Under the pieces are notes generated by a model. That model did not search any database and was not told the DNA's origin. It saw only the letters and a program-made list of their open reading frames with translations. A DNA stretch of 63,503 nt, filler included, from Candidatus Woesearchaeota archaeon (GTDB taxonomy: Archaea; Nanobdellota; Nanobdellia; Woesearchaeales; J072): NCBI GenBank assembly GCA_003695265.1. It is 4 parts of 4 records of this genome, joined end to end, with 100 filler letters (N's around TTAATTAATTAA, not from the genome) between each part and the next. Parts side by side here need not be neighbours in the genome. Positions count along the whole stretch, not along the records: positions 45,386 to 63,503 come from RFII01000079.1; 3 more parts are not named here. One strand, written 5' to 3'. The position numbers were made by a program, and so were the translations under genes. Of the stretch, positions 57,694 to 63,503 are shown one piece after another (positions within the stretch are counted from its first letter, which is position 1; the number at the start of each line of letters is the position of its first letter).

Positions 57694-59109
57694 GTGGTTA
57701 AAATAGGTGATTACAAAGAGTTCAAGGCTGCTCTGGACCTAGCGGCAGCCCGCTTCAAAAAAGTAAACCAAAACGAAGTAATCCGCCTCGTCTCAAACCT
57801 GGACGCGGACGGAATAACAGCTGCTTCCATAATCGTAAAAGCCTTGAACAGGGAGAACAGAAGATACTCAATATCCATTGTTCAGCAGCTCAACGAAAAA
57901 GTAATAGACGAGCTCTCCAATGAGGATTACAACGTTTTCTTATTCACCGACCTTGGCTCAGGCCAATTATCAAACATAAAGAAGAGGCTTGGCAAAAAGC
58001 AGATTTTCATCCTGGACCATCATAAAACCAGGAAAGTTGACGTTCCAGATAATATTTGCCACGTCAATCCACACCTTTTTGGCATAGACGGATCAAGGGA
58101 AATCTCTGCTTCTGGAGTGGCTTTCATGTTTGCGGAAAGACTGAACGAAAAGAACAAGGACATGGCAGATATAGCAATAACAGGTGCTATCGGTGACATT
58201 CAGGAAGCGCACGGCTTCTCAACGTTAAACAACGAGATACTTGAAACAGCCATAAAGAAAAAACTAATTACAGTGGAGCAGGACTTAAGAATATATGGGA
58301 TTAGGAACAGGCCCTTGTACAAGGCACTTGAATACAGCAAAGGAATCCCTCATGTTTCAGGGTCTGAGTCAGGCTCAATACAATTCCTACAAAGCCTCGG
58401 TATAAGCCCAAAGGAAAAAACTAAGTGGAGAACAATAATGGACCTTTCTAAAGAGGAGAAGAAAAGGCTTATTGCAGGCATCATAATGAAGAGGAAGGGC
58501 TGCGAGAACCCTGAGGAAATAATTGGGCCAGTTTATTTAAGAACAAAAGAAGACACTTACAGCCAGTTAAAAGATGTGAAAGAATTCTCCACAATACTCA
58601 ACGCAGCAGGCCGCCTGGACCAAGCATCAATCGGGATTGGAGCTTGCTTAGGAGACTCTGAAAGCAAGAAAAGCGCAATAAGGGTTTACAACAAGTACAA
58701 AAGAGAGCTGGTGAGCTACTTGAGATGGTTCAGAGACAACCAGGACTCGCCAAACATAATACGAAAAGACAGCTTGGTAATAATAAACGCGCAGGACAAC
58801 GTAAGATCCACAATGATTGGGACTATGCTTTCAATACTCTCAAAGTCAGGCGAACTAGGAGAAAACACTTTTCTACTGGGCTTGGCGCAGCAGATGGACG
58901 GCTACACAAAGGTTTCCTTAAGGTTCTCAGGCGAGAAGGATGACGTTGACTTGACAGAAATTGTCAGAGGCATTGTGAAGATTACAGGAGGAGAAGCAGG
59001 CGGCCACAAGTTTGCCGCAGGGGCGATAATCGAAACAGAAAAAGAGGACGATTTTATAAGAGCAGCAAAAAGGCTTATTCTTAACAAAGCCATTGAAGAA
59101 AAAGTTTAA
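57694..59109 (+). CDS. RecJ-like DHH/DHHA1 phosphoesterase
   Basis: LDADGITA, DLGSG, ILDHH, GAIGDIQ and GGHKFAAGA; usual archaeal position after rps15. Confidence 0.9.
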   Translation: MVKIGDYKEFKAALDLAAARFKKVNQNEVIRLVSNLDADGITAASIIVKALNRENRRYSISIVQQLNEKVIDELSNEDYNVFLFTDLGSGQLSNIKKRLGKKQIFILDHHKTRKVDVPDNICHVNPHLFGIDGSREISASGVAFMFAERLNEKNKDMADIAITGAIGDIQEAHGFSTLNNEILETAIKKKLITVEQDLRIYGIRNRPLYKALEYSKGIPHVSGSESGSIQFLQSLGISPKEKTKWRTIMDLSKEEKKRLIAGIIMKRKGCENPEEIIGPVYLRTKEDTYSQLKDVKEFSTILNAAGRLDQASIGIGACLGDSESKKSAIRVYNKYKRELVSYLRWFRDNQDSPNIIRKDSLVIINAQDNVRSTMIGTMLSILSKSGELGENTFLLGLAQQMDGYTKVSLRFSGEKDDVDLTEIVRGIVKITGGEAGGHKFAAGAIIETEKEDDFIRAAKRLILNKAIEEKV

Positions 59110-59375
59110 AGGGAATTCTTGATGTTCTCTATGTAAGATGCGATTTCTTCGCCTTTCTTTGTAAGTGTTAAAAGCTTCAGCCTTCCCTGCTTTTCAAAAC
59201 TTATCAAGCCGGCTTTCTCCATTTCCTGCAGTATCTTAACAACGTGAGAGTAAGTGCAGTCAATGGATTTTGCCAAGGAAGAAGCGTAAACGTGACCCTT
59301 ATTGTTTTTCAGGTCGACAAGCATCATTGCCGGCTTTTCCCTGAAAAAAACATTGAAAATTGGCTTTAATTTCAT
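59106..59375 (-). CDS. Winged helix-turn-helix DNA-binding protein
   Basis: YASSLAKSIDCTYSHVVKIL...GLI...KQGR...LT.KG. Confidence 0.85.
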   Translation of the reverse strand: MKLKPIFNVFFREKPAMMLVDLKNNKGHVYASSLAKSIDCTYSHVVKILQEMEKAGLISFEKQGRLKLLTLTKKGEEIASYIENIKNSL

Positions 59376-59473
59376 AAGACCCCCCTAAAAACAACCGTTT
59401 TGTTATATATGTTAATTAATGTAAATATAACAACTATATTTAAATATTTATATTTTAGAGTATATAATTTTTT

Positions 59474-60946
59474 TTACTTCTTCCTCATTAAAAAGTTGAT
59501 TAGGAGCCTGACGCCAACACCAGTTCCCCCTTTTGTAAAGTAGTGTGTTTCTTCATCCTTAAAGGCCGTTGCGCCGATGTCAATGTGCGCCCAGTGCCTC
59601 TTTTCAACAAAGTTCTCAAGAAAAGCTGCTCCTGTTATCACTCCTGCCTCAAAGCCCTTTCCTTTTCCAACATTCCTTACATCAGCTATGTCACTCTTCA
59701 TCATTTCCCTGTGCTCTTCCCACATTGGCAATTCCCAGACACGCTCATAGCAATAATTCCCAGCATCAATAAGTTGTTTTATCAAGCTTGGGTCATTTCC
59801 GCACACGCAGCTCCCAAAGTAGCCGAGCACAACTATTGAAGCTCCTGTCAGGGTTGCTATGTCAATAATCTTGTCAGGCTTTAGTGTTTCCGCATAAGCT
59901 AAAGCGTCTGCTAAAATCAAGCGGCCCTCCGCATCTGTGTTTATTATTTCAATGTTTTTTCCGCTGAACGACTTTATTATGTCATCCGGCCTGTAAGAGT
60001 TTGAGCCCACGCTGTTCTCTGCCGTTGGAATAACGCCTATGACATGCTTTTTTATGTTCAGCTTTTTGACAGCACTCACTACAGCAAGAACCGATGCTGC
60101 TCCTGCCATGTCCTGCTTCATCTCACTAATCCACCTTGTCGGCTTGAGGTTTAAGCCGCCTGAGTCAAAAGTTATGCCCTTCCCAACAAGCGCTATTCTT
60201 TCTTTAGCATTAGGGTTCGCTTCAATAACTATTAATTTTGGCTCGTTTGCTGAGCCCTGGCCTACTGCAAGCAGGGCATTCATTCCCATCTTCTTAAGCT
60301 CCTCCTTGCCGAAAACCCTTATTCTCAGCTTGTTTTCTCTAGCCACCTTTGCTGCTATTTGCGCCAGCTTTGCCGGAACAAGACTGCATGGAGGCTCATT
60401 TACCAAGTCCCTGGCAAAGTTTGTTGATTCGCAAATTACAACTGCTTCATCAATATATCTTTGGACCTGAGAAGCGTTTTTGCTGAGAAAAACCGCTTTT
60501 GCAACACTCTTGACTTTGTCCTTGTCAACCGTCTTGAATTTTGTGAAATTATAAGAGGCAAGCAAAAAACCCTCTGAAACAGCTATTGTCGTGTCTTTAA
60601 GGTTTCTGCCCTTCACCTTTATTTCATGCAGGTTTGTCGAGAATTCCCTGTAATTAGCTTCGCGGGCGTGCTTTAAAGCAGAGGCTGACGCTTTTCTCAG
60701 CTTTTCAAGGTCGAACTCTGCTTTTTTTCCAAGGCCTACAGCAAGAAAACTCTTTTTCGGAGAAGTGATAAACACAGCTTTGTCAAGCTCCGCATCAAAA
60801 ATCTTGAGCTTTTCAGAAATTAAGCCGTTAAGAGAACTGTCAATTCTTTTTATCTCAGCAGGCAGGGGAGCGCCCTCAAAAACACCAAAAACAAACAACG
60901 GCGTTTTATGATCATAAATGCTTTCCTTTTTTGCGATTAGCCTCAT
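59474..60946 (-). CDS. pepA: M17 leucyl aminopeptidase
   Basis: VGKGITFDSGG, MKQDMAGAA, NTDAEGRLILAD and DIATLTGA motifs. Confidence 0.95.
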   Translation of the reverse strand: MRLIAKKESIYDHKTPLFVFGVFEGAPLPAEIKRIDSSLNGLISEKLKIFDAELDKAVFITSPKKSFLAVGLGKKAEFDLEKLRKASASALKHAREANYREFSTNLHEIKVKGRNLKDTTIAVSEGFLLASYNFTKFKTVDKDKVKSVAKAVFLSKNASQVQRYIDEAVVICESTNFARDLVNEPPCSLVPAKLAQIAAKVARENKLRIRVFGKEELKKMGMNALLAVGQGSANEPKLIVIEANPNAKERIALVGKGITFDSGGLNLKPTRWISEMKQDMAGAASVLAVVSAVKKLNIKKHVIGVIPTAENSVGSNSYRPDDIIKSFSGKNIEIINTDAEGRLILADALAYAETLKPDKIIDIATLTGASIVVLGYFGSCVCGNDPSLIKQLIDAGNYCYERVWELPMWEEHREMMKSDIADVRNVGKGKGFEAGVITGAAFLENFVEKRHWAHIDIGATAFKDEETHYFTKGGTGVGVRLLINFLMRKK

Positions 60947-61037
60947 GCAATCACCTCAATTACTCTGATTGGGCTGGTAATATAAAAATGTTTTCGCACA
61001 AAGCTTAAATATAAAAAAATATTTTATTATTCTAAAA

Positions 61038-61328
61038 TTGGTAAGAACAACAGAAATCACGGAAAGAGACATTCTAAAGAGCCTTGACGAAGCCATTGAA
61101 GCTATAAGAAGGCAGCCCCAAATAAGCCCTTTTGGAATAGAGCAAGAACTAAGGGAGAAAGTCTTAGAACCTGGCGGGGAAAAGCCATTTTTTGAAGGAG
61201 AGCCGCCTCAAATCTATCTTGAAGTGCAAAGGTTTTATGAAGGAATAAACCACGAGACAAACCAGCTTGGCGCGTTAATCTCATTAAACAACATAAGAAA
61301 TAATTACCAAATAAGTGAAAATAAATAA
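61038..61328 (+). CDS. Hypothetical protein
   Basis: 96-aa ORF with TTG start after a TATA-like box; fills the intergenic space. Confidence 0.5.
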   Translation: MVRTTEITERDILKSLDEAIEAIRRQPQISPFGIEQELREKVLEPGGEKPFFEGEPPQIYLEVQRFYEGINHETNQLGALISLNNIRNNYQISENK

Positions 61329-61425
61329 CGCCCCTGCCGGGAATCGAACCCGGGTTTCAAGATTTCTGCTTAACAACCGCAATCTTGCGTCCTTTGCGGC
61401 TTTGAATCCACTAGACTACAGGGGC
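61329..61425 (-). tRNA. tRNA-Arg(GCG) with two mini-introns: 61394-61405 (12 nt, 20a/21) and 61364-61376 (13 nt, 37/38)
   Basis: Spliced: GCCCCTG TA GTCT AGTGGATA GGAC G CAAGA TTGCGGA TCTTG AAAC CCGGG TTCGATT CCCGG CAGGGGC G; central helices GTGG/CCGC and TTGC/GCAG. Confidence 0.92.
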
Positions 61426-62240
61426 CTGTCAAACAATGCGCGGTACTTGTTCTCAACGTAAGGTCCGAAATGCTGCAAATGCCTTAACAGCATTCCAGGA
61501 TACGTTAACGCCTGCAATGCAAGCGGCGCTTTTTTTCCAACAACACAAGCCTTGTTTTTCTTAATACTATTTAAAAATTCTTCTATGCCATAAGCCTTGC
61601 TATAAGTTACCACTCTTCCAAGCATTACAACTGAGTGGCCGTCGCTCCCTCCTGTCACGGGCTTTCCAAGCTCTTCTGCCTTCTTAACAGCTTTTTTGTT
61701 AAACCCCATAAGCGTTTGGCCATTAATGCCTTCTATAGCGTCAAATTCTTTAAAAACGCTTTTTTTCAGAACGCCCTTGCTCACAGCCCTGCCAATCCCG
61801 AATCCGCCACTGGCAAAAGGGTGCGCAATTACTCTGACACAATTGTAATCCTTGGTGATGTCAAGCAATTCAGGAGTTGACAGCCTTGTTATTCCATAAT
61901 GCAATCTTGTTCTCTTGCTCTTAACATGCTTCTCAAAAAACTCAATAAGCTCGTCCAACGCGTAAAAATACAATAGGGCATGGCTTTCAGTTCTGCACGT
62001 AACCTCAATTCCAGGAATCACGAGAAGGCCTTTTTTATTCAGCTTGAAAGCATCAATCGCTCCCCTCACATCATTATGGTCTGTAATGGCAACTCCAATG
62101 CCAAGCCTCTCGCTTCTCCTCAAAAGGCTCTTCACACTCACTATGTTGTCTGTGTAGCCAGTGTGAAAATGCATGTCAACAGCAGAAAAGCCACTCCTCT
62201 TCAGCTCTTCAATGCAGGGTTTCCCAAACCTCACTCTCAT
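61416..62240 (-). CDS. PHP-domain metallophosphoesterase
   Basis: DMHFHT, AITDHN, PGIEV, AHPF and GGSDGH motifs. Confidence 0.9.
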   Translation of the reverse strand: MRVRFGKPCIEELKRSGFSAVDMHFHTGYTDNIVSVKSLLRRSERLGIGVAITDHNDVRGAIDAFKLNKKGLLVIPGIEVTCRTESHALLYFYALDELIEFFEKHVKSKRTRLHYGITRLSTPELLDITKDYNCVRVIAHPFASGGFGIGRAVSKGVLKKSVFKEFDAIEGINGQTLMGFNKKAVKKAEELGKPVTGGSDGHSVVMLGRVVTYSKAYGIEEFLNSIKKNKACVVGKKAPLALQALTYPGMLLRHLQHFGPYVENKYRALFDRPL

Positions 62241-62295
62241 GCCCAAAAAAAATTGTTTTCAGTATATAAAGATTATTGCAGAACTCCTAAAAAAG

Positions 62296-63141
62296 CTATA
62301 AGCGGTCAAGCGGGCTTTCCGTGCTTATCAGCTTAGGCCTGGCCAAATGAGAATAACCAAGAGTTGTTTCCGGACTGGCGTGGCCTAGCAATCCCTGCAC
62401 TGTCTGCACGTCCTCGCCAAACTGCAAGAGGTGTGTCGTGAAAGAATGCCTGAACATGTGCGGGTGAACACTCCTGCCAATCCCTGCTCTCTTAGCAGCT
62501 TTCCTGACTATTTCCTGAACGCTCTTTATTGAGATGTGAGCGTTTTTGCTGCCGCGGAACAAGTAAGAGTGTGTGCTCTCCGCGAGACTTCTCAACTCAT
62601 TAGCTATACTTTTAGGTATGATAAACGGCCTGTCTTTGCCTCCCTTTCCATGCTTAACCCAGCCGGTCATGTTGTTAAAATCAAGATCTTCGCTCTTCAG
62701 CTTAACAACCTCACCAACCCTAAGGCCAGCTCCATACATTAAAGCAACTATTAAGCGGTGCTTGCCATTACTAATAGATTTCAGAATACTTTTTATTTCG
62801 CTCTGCGTTAAGAAGCCCGGCTTTTTCTTGGGTGTTTTGCTGAACTTGATTTTTAGGTACATTCCCTTGTGCAGTATTTCTATCATCATGAAGCGCAGCG
62901 CATTGTGAACCACGTTCAGGCTGCTCTCATGCAAACCCTTATCCTTCAAATAATACAAGAAAGCCCTGACATCCTTCTTAGAGAACTCCTTTGGGCTCTT
63001 GTCTTTCACAAACAACAAAAACTTCCTCACGTAAAACAAGTAAGTGATCACTGTTTTCCTGCTTAAACCCCTCCTCAGCATTTCACGCTTCATATTATAC
63101 AAGACATCAACGCACATGCAAAACAAATAACAAATAATCAT
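62296..63141 (-). CDS. Tyrosine recombinase (Xer/integron-integrase-like); true start may be 63117
   Basis: GLRVGE, KGGKDR, HMFRHSF, LGH and TLGY give the full R-K-H-R-H-Y set; C-terminal SPLD. Confidence 0.92.
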   Translation of the reverse strand: MIICYLFCMCVDVLYNMKREMLRRGLSRKTVITYLFYVRKFLLFVKDKSPKEFSKKDVRAFLYYLKDKGLHESSLNVVHNALRFMMIEILHKGMYLKIKFSKTPKKKPGFLTQSEIKSILKSISNGKHRLIVALMYGAGLRVGEVVKLKSEDLDFNNMTGWVKHGKGGKDRPFIIPKSIANELRSLAESTHSYLFRGSKNAHISIKSVQEIVRKAAKRAGIGRSVHPHMFRHSFTTHLLQFGEDVQTVQGLLGHASPETTLGYSHLARPKLISTESPLDRL

Positions 63142-63316
63142 TCATATTTTTACCCCAAAAAAATTCGCAAGAATCACAGCAAACACGCAAAAACTCCAAC
63201 TCTTAAAAAATCCCTTATTTCAACTTTTCACCACTCTTTGCACAAAACACTTTTTCCGATTCAAACCCAAAAAAACAAACAACACAAGCCCCAAAAACAA
63301 AGAATTCACGCTTTTT

Positions 63317-63335
63317 CGTATACAACTGGTTAGAT
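63317..63335 (+). other. Candidate attI-like recombination site
   Basis: CGTATAC-AACTG-GTTAGAT (7-5-7 layout with a GTTRRRY core), upstream of and divergent from the recombinase. Confidence 0.45.
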
Positions 63336-63503
63336 GAAATGCAAGCTCGCCGCCGATTGTCCTTCGGACATTTTGCCCTGCTTCGCAGGAAATATTAATA
63401 AAGGGTTCTTCTTTCTTAATTCAGAAACAAGGGGGGGCATTTAAAAAATCTTCAAAAGAAGATTATTATAAAGAATAGAAAACTTTATATATAAGTGTTA
63501 CAA

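Noticed and set aside
238..63066. Numerous short overlapping or antisense ORFs in the six-frame track
   Set aside because: They lie opposite or within well-supported genes and have no recognisable motifs.
61329..63141. Provirus integrated at tRNA-Arg by the adjacent recombinase
   Set aside because: The recombinase lies on the tRNA 5' side beyond a PHP gene; no duplicated tRNA-Arg fragment or viral genes are in the window.

Overview
Archaeal genome-bin sequence, most consistent with a DPANN lineage, probably Woesearchaeota-like. This is inferred from archaeal SRP54, uS15, Taw1, oapABC, class III signal peptides, TATA/BRE promoters and BHB-type tRNA introns. The window is four contigs joined by artificial 100-nt N/TTAATTAATTAA linkers (6624-6723, 17987-18086, 45286-45385), so adjacency across those linkers means nothing. 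Most of it is housekeeping and metabolic genes. Main highlights: (1) All four tRNA genes (Gly-TCC, His-GTG, Val-CAC, Arg-GCG) carry 2-3 introns each, including non-canonical D-loop (20a/21) and T-loop (59/60) introns. The T-loop introns of tRNA-Gly and tRNA-Val are near-copies of each other, and their double-hairpin core also occurs twice as a free intergenic repeat, suggesting a small mobile element that shelters in tRNA introns. (2) A MORC/GHKL ATPase fused to a phosphohistidine swivel domain, with a coupled partner gene and a divergent CX5R phosphatase. (3) A 17.5-kb translationally coupled operon of giant secreted, Cys-rich and pilin-like proteins. (4) An integron-like tyrosine recombinase with a candidate attI site at the right edge. 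(5) Bacterial-type tandem NrdR boxes over an archaeal nrdJ promoter. (6) Two further dispersed repeat families and two candidate hairpin sRNAs.
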